Positions 13,076 to 24,616 of a DNA stretch of 64,000 nucleotides are shown here, piece after piece; within the stretch, counting starts at the first letter, position 1, and the number at the start of each line of letters is the position of its first letter. The position numbers and the translations under genes are program-made. Where the stretch lies: the NCBI RefSeq assembly GCF_963921235.1, contig NC_086101.1:4776001-4840000 (forward strand), in the 5' to 3' direction. This DNA comes from Mobula hypostoma (Eukaryota). The notes under the pieces are model-generated. The model ran no database searches, had not been told where the DNA came from, and saw nothing but the letters and a program-made list of their open reading frames with translations.

Positions 13076-13121
<46 letters not shown>
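13060..13121. repeat. (TG)n/(TA)n microsatellite
   Basis: Read directly. Confidence 0.9.
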
Positions 13122-13123
<2 letters not shown>

Positions 13124-14559
13124 GTTAGTTAAGTAGTGCAACGAGAGAGAAAAACGTAGTGAGGTAGTGTTCATGGGTTCATTGTCCATTCAGAAATCTG
13201 ATGGTGGAGGGGAAGAAGCCGTTCTTGAACGGTTGAGTGTGTGTCTTCAGGCTTCGGTAGCCCCTCCCTGATGGTAGCAATGAGAAGAGGGCATGGCCTG
13301 GGTGATAGGAGTCCTTAACAATGGTGGCAGCCTTTCTGAGGCATCGCCTTTTCAACATGTCCTGGAATGATGATAAACTGAACTTGATTGGCTAGAGACT
13401 TTCATGACATACCAAATCTCCTCAAACTCCCAATGAAATAAATACTGTACATCTAATGTTCTGTCTTTATCTGTTTATATATAATTCTTGGTAAAATTCT
13501 ATCTTTTTTCCCTGTAAATGCCTGCAGTCAAAGGAAAGGAAATGGTAGAAGTGCCGGGGTGTCCAAGTGTAATTGCTCTCCCTCTGCTACACTGGGGATG
13601 TTGGTTACAAAGGTAGGCTGAGTCACTGGGAGTTAACTTGTGACCATGGTGTTGGAGCGTGCTAGCCACTGAACTAGATCCATCCAAGACAGGAAAAAGG
13701 GGAGAGGGAGCAAAGTTAATGGAGATCTGGAAAGTTTTGTTTACCAAGACCTTGCTGAATAGTGCACCACATTGGCTAGAACAGGGCTCTGCAAGAGACC
13801 AGATCAAATCGTATAATGTAGAGAGAGGAGTGAAAGAAATCTGTTTCCATAACATCAAGGCTGCTCTTTCCCCTTAGTGTCACTTTCCAGCATCAACACT
13901 GTATCCCTTGATGCCATAATATCTACAACTATTTCAATCTCTGAATGTGCTCAATCTCCAAATTTCCAGGGTTCTTAAGTAGCCAATGGTTCTTAGGTGC
14001 AGCCCCTCTGACCGAAGAAATTTCTTGTCTCCTTCACAAATGGATAGTCTTTATTTTGTTACTGTGACTTCTGATCTGGTCACCTCTTAGAACATAGAAC
14101 AGCACAGCACTTGAGAAGCACTTTGGCACAAGATGTTGTACTGAACTTTTAACCCATTCTAAGACCAACTTAACCCTTCCTTAACTTTTAACCCATTCTC
14201 AGACCAACTTAACACTTAGCCCTCTATTTTTCTATCATTGAGAGCTCCTAAATGCCCCAAATGTATCTGCCTTTGCCAACATCCCTGGCAGCGTGTTCCA
14301 TACACCCAGCACTGTGTATATTAAAAACTTAACTCTTCACACTGAGACCCTGGTTCTTGCCAGTGGAAATATTACCTTTGCATTACTCCATCAAGCCCCA
14401 TTAGTTTTTTGTCTGTTTCTCTGAAATGACCTCTCATTCTAGATGCAAATTCCAGAGCAGTTAAACTTCCATTCCAGGACTAAAGCTGATGCCCCTTTAT
14501 TAATTATTTAACTAATAACTAATTATTCCTAGTTAGTTATTAGAGATTAACTTTACTTC

Positions 14560-14815
14560 TCACATGAACATCGAAACATCCAGTGAAATATGTCGTCTGC
14601 TTCAACAGCCAACACAGTTTGAAGATTGTGCTGGGGACAGACGTCAACTTAGCACTAAACACTAACCCGTACGTCTTTGCAATGTGGGAGGAAACGGGAG
14701 CACCCAGTAGAAACCCACGCCGTCAGGGCAAGAACGTACAAACTCCTGACTGACAGCGGCAGGAATTAAAGCCTGATCGTGGTACTGCAAAGCGTGTCAC
14801 TGACCGCGACCTGCC
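14560..14815 (-). mobile_element. V-SINE-like element
   Basis: gtgggaggaaacgggagcacccagtagaaacccacg is the reverse complement of the V-domain core. Confidence 0.65.
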
Positions 14816-15505
14816 ACCTTATTGCAAGTATATTCATTCTTGGATAAGGAGATCAGAGCTGTACGTGTTATTTCAGACGTGGTTTGTGGGGCTCTGTAAT
14901 TGAACAAAGTCATGTAAGTGGGTCCCTTGTCCATTCTGCAGATTCATCTGCACCAACTCAGGAGATTGTGGAGTAAAGATCTTCAATTATATCAAGGATC
15001 TCCATGATAGTGAGATAAATTGGATCCATAGATTTCAAAGTAAATTTATTATTAAAGTACATGTGTCACCGTATATAACCCTGAGATTCATTTCCTGTGG
15101 GCATACTCAATAAATCCACTAACCATAAAGAATCATTGAAAAACCACAGGCAAAAGAGCTGACTTCAGGATTGAAGGACATCCATTTAGAACAGAGATGT
15201 GGAAAAATTACTTCAGTCAGAGGGTGGTAAATCTGTGGAATTTGTTGCCACGAGAGGCTGTGGAGGCCAAGTCATTGGGTGCATTTAAGGCAGAGATAAA
15301 TTGATTAGCCAGGGCATCAAAGGGTATGGGGAGAAGGCAGGGGAGTGGGGATGACTGGAAAAATTGGATCAACCCATGATTGAATGGGGGAGCAGACTTG
15401 ATGGGCCGAATGGCCTGCGTCTGCTCCTACGGTCTAAGAGGGTGGACAACCAGTGTGCGAAAGACAACAAACTGTGCAAATACAAAAAAAGAGAATAAAT
15501 AATAG

Positions 15506-15815
15506 TGTTGGCACGTGGCCAAGTGGTTAAGGCATTCGTCTAGGTGATTTGAAGGTCGCTAGTTCGAGCCTTGGCTGAGACAGCGTGTGTGTCCTTGAGC
15601 AAGGCACTTAACCACACATTGCTCTGCGGCAACACCGGTGCCAAGCTGTATCGGCTCTAGTGCCCTTCCCTTAGACAACATCGGTGGCGTGGAGAGGGGA
15701 GACTTGCAGCATGGGCAGCTGCCAGTCTTCCATACAACCTTGCCCAGGCCTGCGCCCTGGAAACATTCCAAGGTGTAAATCCATCATCTCATGAGACTAA
15801 CGGATGCCTATAAAA
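15506..15815 (+). mobile_element. tRNA-derived SINE with CORE-like domain
   Basis: A box TGGCCAAGTGG, B box GTTCGAGCC, then tgtgtccttgagcaaggcacttaacc and an A-rich end. Confidence 0.75.
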
Positions 15816-16234
15816 AATAATGATAGTAATAAATAAGCAATTTATTACAAGAGCACGAAGAAATGAAGAGTCCTTGAAAGTGAGTCCTTGGGTTGTGGGA
15901 ACAGTTCAGTGATGGGGTGAGTAAAGTTGAGTGAAATTACCCCTTCAGGTTCAAGCGCCTGATGGTTGAGGTGTACTAACTCTTCCTGAACCTGGTGGTG
16001 TGAGTCCTGAAGCTCCTGTACCTCCTGCCTGATGACAGCAGTGAGACGAGAGCTTGGTCTGGGTGGTAGGGGTCCTCGATGATGGATGCTGCTTTCCTGC
16101 GACAATGCTCCACGTAGATGTGCTGAATGGTGGGGAGGGCTTTACCTGTGATGAGCTAGGCTGTACCCACTACTTCTTGTAGGATTTTCCCATTCAAGGG
16201 CATTGGTGTTTTCATACCAGCCAGTGAATACACT

Positions 16235-17185
16235 CTGCAAATTTGCGGATTATACCAAGATTTGTGTGTAGTGGGCAGGGAGCAAGTCTGTTAGTGCTTA
16301 CAGCAGGATCTGGACTGGCTTGAAAATGGCAGATGGAATTTAATTCAGACAAGTGTGAGGTGCTCTACTTTTGTAGGATAAACTAGGTGAGAAAATGTAC
16401 CACATGAGTGTTAAGCTACTGAGGTGTATGCTGGAAAAGAGGGATCTTGGAATACAGATCCATAGTTCCTTGGAAGTGGCATTGCAGGTAGACAGGGTCA
16501 TAAAGAAAGCTTTTGGCACATTGGCCTTCATAAATCAATGTATTGAGTACAGGAAATGGGATGTTATGCCGAAGTTGTGTAAGGTGTTGGTGAGGCCTGA
16601 TTTGGAGTATTGTGTGCAGTTGTGATCACCTACCTACATGAAAGATGTAGATAAGATTGAAAGAGTACAGATAAAATTTATGAGAATTTTGCTGGGACTT
16701 GAGGACCTGAGTTATAGGGAAAGGTTGAATAGGTTAGGAGTTTATTCCCTAGAGCACAAGAGAATAAGGGGAGATTTGATAGAGGTATACAAAATTATGA
16801 AGGGTATACACCCTTCACACACCCAGCATATATATATATCAGGGTAAATACAAGCAGGCCTTTGCACCTGAGGTTGGGTTAGAAGTCAACCAGAGGTCAT
16901 GAGTTAAAGATGAAAGGTGAGATGTTTCAGGGGAACATGAGGGGAAACTTCTTCACTCAGAGGGTGGTGAGAATGTGGAACGAGCTGCCAGCAGAGGTGG
17001 TGGATGCAGGTTTGATTACAACGTTTTAGAGAAGTTTAGATAGCTGCATGGATGGGAGGGGAGGTGCAGGTCAATGGGACTAGGCAAAACAATAGCTGAG
17101 CATGGTCTAGATGGGGCAAAGGAATAGCTCAGCATGGTCTAGGTGCGGTGAAGGGCCAGTTTCTGTGCTGTGGTGTTCTATGATT
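16235..17185 (+). mobile_element. Decayed CR1 3' fragment
   Basis: LVRPDLEYCVQL and RGDLIEVYKIMKG motifs with stops and frameshifts. Confidence 0.85.
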
Positions 17186-17237
17186 CTTACTTCAATATGT
17201 AATTAACAATATACAACTTGCCTTCTGTGTCCTTCAG

Positions 17238-17311
17238 ATGCCTGCCTGTATAACTGTGAAACAATGGAGGAGATGGATGATATCTTTCGCTGCTTTGACA
17301 ACGCCACAGAG
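17238..17311 (+). CDS. ATF6B: ATF6-family (ATF6B-like) coding exon 2: (D)ACLYNCETMEEMDDIFRCFDNATE
   Basis: Pyrimidine tract ttctgtgtccttcag| acceptor and GAG|gtatag donor, 74 nt, phase 1->0. Peptide resembles the recalled human ATF6B segment STLYSGLDEVAEEQTQLFRC and joins the next exon in frame. Confidence 0.75.
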
Positions 17312-17990
17312 GTATAGAACGAGAGTTCTGAAATGTTGTGTACCGTTTATCCTCTCTGTCTCCACCATGCAACTTTCCACTTGCTATATGCATCATCCGT
17401 TCTGTGCCCAAACCCCTCCAGAAACATTTCCGGCCATGACGGCTATTCCCTGAAGTGAGTAAAGACCTGGGAGAGGTATATGAAGTTATAAGGAGCATAG
17501 GTAACATAGTCAAAGCCTTCCTCCATGGCAGGTATGACAAAAATGAGAGAGCATAGGATACAGGTGGGGGCCTTTCCCTCGGGCAGAGATTATTAAATCG
17601 AGGGGGCATCATTGTAAGATGATTGGAGGAAAGTATAGCAGAGGTAGGTTGTTTACACAGAAGGTACACTGAGGGCATTGAGGAGACTTGTGTGGGCATG
17701 TGGATGAAAGAATAATGGAAGGCTATGTGGGAGGGAGGACTGAGACTGATCTTGGACTGGGTTAAAGAGTCGTCACAACATCATGGGCCGAAGGGTCTGT
17801 ATTATGTCCTGTGTCCTGAAAGGGCTTATTACTGACCTCAGCTTTGTTTAGCACAGCAGCCAAAATTGCCTAAGATGTAAGCTGTCTGTTGTCTGACAAG
17901 TTAAATCTCTAACTGTATTGTCTCCTCACCCTCCTGACTTCTAACCAGTGCTCTGTGCTCTTGCACTTGATTTAATCAGGAGAAACAGTT

Positions 17991-18710
17991 GGCCTAGTAA
18001 AACTATAAACCAATCCCGAGGTGCCCTTTCGGCCTAGTAAAATTGTGAACCAATCCCAATGCGCCACGTCAGCCTAGTAAAACTATAAACCAATCCCGAG
18101 GTGCCCCTTCAGCCTAGTAAAATTGTGAACCAATCCCAATGCGCCACGTCAGCCTAGTAAAACTATAAACCAATCCCGAGGTGCCCCTTCAGCCTAGTAA
18201 AATTGTGAACCAATCCCAATGCGCCACGTCAGCCTAGTAAAACTATAAACCAATCCCAAGGTGCCCCTTCAGCCTAGTAAAATTGTGAACCAATCCCAAT
18301 GCGCCACGTCAGCCTAGTAAAACTATAAACCAATCCCGAGGTGCCCCTTCAGCCTAGTAAAATTGTGAACCAATCCCAATGCGCCATGTCAGCCTAGTAA
18401 AACTATAAACCAATCCCGAGGGGTCCCTTCGGCCTAGTAAAACTATAAACCAATCCCGAGGTGCCCCTTCAGCCTAGTAAAATTGTGAACAATCCCAATG
18501 CGCCACGTCAGCCTAGTAAAACTATAAACCAATCCCGAGGGGTCCCGTCGGCCTAGTGAAACTGGAAACCAATCCTGAGGTGCCACATCAGCCTAGTTAA
18601 ATTGTAAACCAATGCCAAGGAGTCACACCAGAAGTAGTTAAAGTATGACCCAATCCCGAGGGTCCACACAGACCTTTTTAAACTGTGACCCAATCCTGAG
18701 AAGCAAACAG
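17991..18710 (+). promoter_or_regulatory. 40-bp tandem array (~18 units, alternating A/B 80-bp higher order) carrying ERSE, UPRE and CCAAT motifs
   Basis: CCAAT-N9-CCACG at 18050, 18130, 18210, 18290. CCAAT-N9-CCACA at 18569 and 18650. CCACGTCA (reverse complement TGACGTGG) at 18064, 18144, 18224, 18304, 18503. Repeat and motifs are read directly; function is inferred. Confidence 0.65.
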
Positions 18711-20339
18711 GTACATGTTGTTCTAATTAAACAATCCACTGGCCTGATAATGTAGTTGAGAAGTATCACCTACCAATAACTTCAGTTAATAGAAAACAGT
18801 ATAAATATTAGAAGGCACTTGAGGTTGGTAATTCATTCCGCAGCCTCTGTTTCTGTAATGTGTGACTCGTTGTGTTTGGTATGTCTTTATTTTGTAAGAA
18901 TTGTGTTTGTGTCTAGAAATCCTTCAAATTATAAATCTGTTAGATCTTGCTCCTCAGAAGCTAAAATCAGTTTCACTTCAAAACAAACTCTTTTATCTAC
19001 TTCATTAGCTCTCAGTATCTCCTTGTTGAGAGTGGGGAACCCACTGCTCAAAATAGCAATGACTAGCAGCTAGACCCCTTCAGGAAGGGACTAAAGCAGG
19101 CAAGTAAACCAGTCCTTGAAATGTAGGTTGAGGCTCTCTGTCGGTTAGGTTGACCGTGGATGTGGTGTCCTAGCTGTCTACGTCAAAGTCAATACGCAAG
19201 CCAGGGCAGTGCGATATGGAGAGCAAGCTGTTGTCCAAGTAGCAGGCTCCCCTTCCCCACATGGGTGATGAATCCACAGGACTGACAGATTGATCTAGCT
19301 TGGTGTCAGTGGAGTTGCCAGTTCACATTAAACTCAATGTAGGACTGCGCTGGGGACTCCAGCCCCAGGTTCTTCGTCAGAGTTTTCCTTCTCCTCGAAG
19401 AGCAGCCAACTATGGCTGACGAGCCCCATCTGCCCGAAGCGACTAGTTTAAGGTGCCAGTAGCCCGCCTTTCCCCCTTCTCCTGTCGGCAGAAACTGTTA
19501 TACCAGGAGTATTAGCTAAACCACACGTGAAGGCCAGGAGCTGGACTTGGTTACCAGCAGCTGTTTGAGAAGCTGTCACCACTGACAGCACTTAATAGGT
19601 AGCGGGAACTCATCCCCACTACCACCCCCCCCCCCCACCCCACCCTGGTTAGACAACCTTAAGGATCCAGTATAGGTTGAAACTATATAATTTGCCTGAA
19701 GTGCATTTATAGGGACTTAAAGTCTTCATTCTGGTGCAAAGTCTTCCTTGGGCATAGTGCTGTCGATATGGTTCACTCACACGGGATCATACAGCTGTGT
19801 GGTTGCTCCTGTGTCAGTGTGCTGGTGGAGGTGAAGACGTGTGGTGCAGCAGTTGATGCCCGTCGTGGAGGAGGAGTGAGTGCCATTCTGGTGATTTCTG
19901 TGGAATCAGAATCGGCCTGCCCACAGAAGGCATCGAGGGAGCGCATTCTGTCCTGAGGGCGGTGACCAGTGATGTTCCCCAGGGATCTGTTTTGTTTAGA
20001 TTGATCTTCGAGTCATTTTAAAAAATCAACACAACCTTGTGGGCCAAAGGTCTACACTGCGCTGCAGTGTTCCAGACTCCGAAGTGAAGTACAGCGCAGA
20101 AACAGGCCTTTTGGCCCGTCTAGTCCGCCCTGTAAACACTTGAACTGCCTATTGCCATCGATTGGTTTTCTGTGTTCAGTGGTTTCCCTGTTTCACCAAT
20201 CACAGTTATTTACAGTTGGATACTCCGACCAGTGAAGAGACCAGCAGATGTCAATTAGTAACGATGTGGGAAATGGTGGATGCTTTAGAAAGCACACTAT
20301 TTATTGGATTGACAGTCCGGGCACCAGCTCAGAAGAGCA

Positions 20340-20950
20340 CCCACCTCTTGAAGCTTCTAGTTTACACAAAGAAACATACCCTCGGGGTCCTCCAAGAGGG
20401 AGGGAGAATGATGGCCCCAATCGGACGGATACAGTTAATTACAGGGAACGACTATGACCAAGAACTAGGATAAGAGGCTCTGAGTGTCCAGGGTGTTGGT
20501 GTGGGAGAGCGTTTTCCAGCATTAAAGGTTTACGAGTCCACCAAGCAAAGTTGAAGTGCTATTCCATCCCAGTGGATGAAGATGAGATTTCTTCACCAAG
20601 CAGAGATGATGTGGTCTTTTCAACCACTGATTCACAGGCAACAGCGATTCGCTCTGGAGAGCGTCGTCATACTCCAGGTCAGACGAGAGATAACCCAGGT
20701 CAGGTTTCAGACCACAGTACCCAGACAGATCCTTCGCATGATGGTGGTGGTGAGGAGGTAGAGAAGAAGGCCAGCAATGGCAGATGAGAAGGCTTGGCGT
20801 GTATTTGATGAGGATATCAGTATGATGTTGGAGAACACTCTCAGGGGAACATCAAAGAGAAAGTTGGAAGTGATGGGCGATATGATTTCCGATGTTGGAA
20901 AGTACAGGTTTGGTTTGGTTGAGTTGAAGAAAGCAAAGCCTACACAGATA
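20340..20950 (+). mobile_element. 5' fragment of an R2-Hero-like non-LTR retrotransposon
   Basis: Zinc-finger-like CWCGRAFSSIKGLRVHQAKLKC followed by PAMADEKAWRVFDEDISMMLENTLRGTSKRKL...GKYRFG, recalled as typical of Hero-clade N-termini. Confidence 0.6.
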
Positions 20951-21242
20951 CATATTTTGCAAACCCTTCAGTAGTTGCATAGACACCTGAAGAGCAGACT
21001 ATCTGTTGGATGGAAGTGACCAACAACTCTGATAGAGGCAGATGCCAAGTTTTTAAGCTCACCAGTGGGAGGTGATGCTTTAGCACTGCTGGCCCACCAC
21101 CTCGAGGGAGTCTTGATCATAAGTGGGCCGAAACTCCTGAAGAAAGGTGGCGGATCAACTGATGATCCCACTGGTGATAGCACAGGACAGATAACATCTT
21201 AGTCCACGTGTATTTTTAATTCTTAATTCTTGTTGTTCATAG

Positions 21243-21580
21243 ATACAAGAGGTTCTGCAGATGCTGGAAATCCAGAGCAACACACACAAAATGCTGGAGG
21301 GACTCAGTAGGGCAGGCAGCGTCTATGAAAATGAATGGAGAGTCAATGTTTTGGGTCAACTCCTTTCTTCAGGACTGGAGAGGAAGGGGGAAAGATCCCA
21401 GAATAAGAAGGTAGGGGGGGGACAAGAAGTAGGAAGTTCAGATGATAGGTGAAGCCGTGTGGGTGGGAAGGATAAAGGGCTAGAGAAGAAGGAGTCTGAT
21501 AGGAGAGGAGAGTGGACCATCGGAGAGAGGAAAGAAGGAAGGGTACTGAGTGGAGGTGACAGCCAGGTGAGGAGAAGAGG
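21243..21580 (-). mobile_element. Penelope pLTR fragment
   Basis: ctgcagatgctggaaatccagagcaacacac...; degenerate hammerhead at 21341-21376. Confidence 0.75.
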
Positions 21581-22400
21581 TAATTTATTGTTATTAGAGT
21601 TTTCATCCCTTGTTATTACAGAAACCAAAAATAAAAGACATTTACTTTAAATTTTTAATAACCTGAGTTTTGCAGAGCAAGGATCAAAGCTAAAATGTAA
21701 ATTTATTGTCAAAGTACGAATATGTCACCGTATACTGTACTACCGAGATTCATTTTCTTGACATTTATAGTAGAACAGAAGTGGAGTAATTGCAGACAAT
21801 CCATTTGCAAACGTTTCGCCACCATGCAAGGAGACATCGTCAGGGTAGTATATCCTCTGAATGCTTGCCCTTTATATACTTACCAATCAGCTGATTAGTC
21901 CATCACTTTGGAAACTCAGTTGAAATTGAGTTCTGTAAACAGACATGCAGACTTCAATCCCTTTGAGAAGCCAATGAGGGCAAAATTCTAGACAAGGTAC
22001 GGAGCTCACCACGCAACCAGTCAGTGACAAGCTCCCTCCCTGTGTCACAATTAACTCCCCAAAATGGCGACTAATCATTTGAATGCAGCCAAACAAGATA
22101 GCATCCCTTCAGGACCAAGGTGTAAAGCATGTTACCAACAGCATACAGCACACTGCATGGAGCAGATAGGATCACCATTTCAGAATAAAAATACAGTCAC
22201 AAAGGTCAAAATAGTGATGATAATATATCCCACGTCCCTGAGTTGCCTGGTCCAGCTTGTTTTTCTACTGAGCGAACCACCGAGCTTCAGGACTAAGACT
22301 GCCAGACTGGGTGTTTGCTTCTTCCCTCAGGCTGTGAGACTAGTGAATACCCTGCCACGTCCGCGGTCTCGTCACTAGGATAGCAAGCTGTTTACTGTGC

Positions 22401-23265
22401 TGTCACGTGACCGGCAATGATGAATATAGAATTGAATTGAGTCAGGTTTTGTAAAAACGATCAAACATTTATTCAACTCTGCTCAACATAAAAAAAATAA
22501 ACAAATGAAAATCTTAACCGGAAGTAAACTGCTATGCGGACATTTAACAAGCTACCACTCGGTACTAGTTCTTAAAGCGATAAATGCGAAAACAGTTCTT
22601 AAAGCAGTAAATTCAAACACAGTTCTTAGAATGGTAAATTTGAAAGTCCAAGAGATTTATACAGTCAATTAGGAGACACTTTCCTGAAGTAAAGAATTCC
22701 TCGAAGACACGACGTCACGCAAGTCCCAGCCGGATCCTGCCTTGTCCACAGGATTCACGACGACGGAAATAAAACGGTCTAAAGGCACTGACCTTTACCT
22801 TTTGATACTAGATCCTGCACAGCCTTTTCTGCCACTTTTAGCAGAGGCTATCTCATGCAGATCACTCTTTCTTGAACGAATTGAATAATGGTCGATCCTT
22901 TCGACCGTCGAACGACTCCTTCCGGTTCCCGTCTTCACTCTCCAATACTACTGAAAAGATACGTCAACAAACCTGGCAGCGATTGATTAAACTGCCAGCC
23001 CAACATTTGTACCTTACAATAGAACGTAAAACTCCATTTTAAATTGAAACTGTGTCCTAAAGCAAATACACAGTGGAGCGGAGTATCTGGCTAATGTTCC
23101 AACTGGAAAACTAACTGCATCACCCCAGGGGTCTCTTTTTATACCCGTGGTGAGCATGTCATCACGTGACCTCACATCGGCGGGAAAATTACATCATGTG
23201 ACCTCTGCAAGACCATTACATCATCCTCATAAGACAGTCACAAGATATCCATGAGGCATGTAACA
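22401..23265 (-). mobile_element. Solo LTR (Gypsy-like), 865 bp
   Basis: TGTCAC...GTAACA termini, 4-bp flanks gtgc/gtac, minus-strand TATAAAA (~23137) and AATAAA (~22468). It interrupts a Rex1 tail. Confidence 0.7.
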
Positions 23266-23789
23266 GTACTATTTATGGTTTACCTGTGCTGTGTATGAAT
23301 TTTTGAATTAAATTTTAGTTTGAGGTAGTATTTTGTTTCATGAGCTACGCCTGATATGTTTGTGGGTGCACCACGGTGCAGAGGAAAGTTATTTTAATTT
23401 GGTTGCCAAGGTGACTGTACTTTGTCCTGTTCCATATAGTTCTCCCACCGAGGAACGATGGAAGGCAGCACCACTTTGAGGAGCCTGCCTCTAACCTAGC
23501 CGATTGCAGCCTGCCCGGCAGACTCCCATCCCACTGTGGCCCTCCTGCCCTGGGTGATTGCAACAGGCTGCTGCATCTGAGGCAACTCTGTGGTCAAGTC
23601 CCGAGAAAATGCACCCATGTGCAATCAGTAGGTCTGCTGGCCTATTTCTGCTTGGAATTTTGTTTAGGTGTTAGTTAGGTGGCTAAGTGTCTAATCCCAC
23701 ATCCATTACCATCCATCTGTGTGTCTCCACCTCTCTCTAGATGTCCTGGAGATTTGTAGAGGTGTGAGTCAGGTGGCCAGTTGTCTAAT

Positions 23790-24616
23790 TGCAGCTTAAT
23801 GTGGAAAAGACTAAGGAGCTGGTGGTAGACCTGAGGAGAGCGAAGGTACCGGTGACCCCTGTTTCCATCCAGAGGGTCAGTGTGGACATGGTGGAGGATT
23901 ACAAATACCTGGGGATATGAATTGACAATAAACTGGACTGGTCAAAGAACACTGAGGCTGTCTACAAGAAGGGTCAGAGCCGTCTCTATTTCCTGAGGAG
24001 ACTGAGGTCCTTTAACATCTGCCGGACGATGCTGAGGATGTTCTACGAGTCTGTGGGGCCAGTGCGATCATGTTTGCTGTTGTGTGCTGGGGCAGCAGGC
24101 TGAGGGTAGCAGACACCAACAGAATCAACAAACTCATTCATAAGGCCAGTGATGTTGTGGGGATGGAACTGGACTCTTTCACGGTGGTGTCTGAAAAGAG
24201 GATGCTGTCCAAGTTGCATACCATCTTGATCAATGTCTCCCATCCACTACATAATGTACTGGGTGGGCACAGGAGTACATTCAGCCAGATACTCATTCCA
24301 CCGAGATGCAACACAGAGCGTCGTAGGAAGTCATTCCTGCCTGTGGCCATCAAACTTTACAACTCCTCCCTTGGAGGGTCAGACACCCTGAGCCAATAGG
24401 CTGGTCCTGGACTTATCTCATAATTTACTGGCATAATTTACATATTACTATTTAACTATTTATTACTATTTTTCTATTACTATTCTATTACTATTTATTA
24501 TTTCCATGACTATTACTATTTACTAATAGTAGTATTACTATTACTATTTATTATTTATGGTGCAACTGTAACATAAACCAATTTCCCCCGGGATCAATAA
24601 AGTATGACTATGACTA
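23790..24616 (+). mobile_element. Rex1/Babar LINE 3' portion
   Basis: LNVEKTKELVVDLRR, KKGQSRLYFLRRLRSF, RRRKSFLPVAIKLYN; (TATGAC)n tail. Confidence 0.85.

Noticed and set aside
14942..15009. Extra ATF6 exon (ctgcag|attcat...gata|gtgaga)
   Set aside because: In the required phase 1 it hits TAA after about 11 codons and shows no ATF6 similarity; it could only be a poison exon, for which there is no support.
15506..15585. tRNA gene
   Set aside because: A and B boxes are present but run into a CORE-like SINE body, and no convincing cloverleaf is seen.
1..17237. ATF6 exon 1 / promoter CpG island
   Set aside because: No ...EDW-like coding segment with a donor and no CpG island was recognised; presumably upstream of the window, though a diverged short exon could have been missed.
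17991..18710. CRISPR-like array or coding repeat
   Set aside because: The variable parts recur as A/B types rather than unique spacers; the 40-bp period and frequent stops exclude coding.
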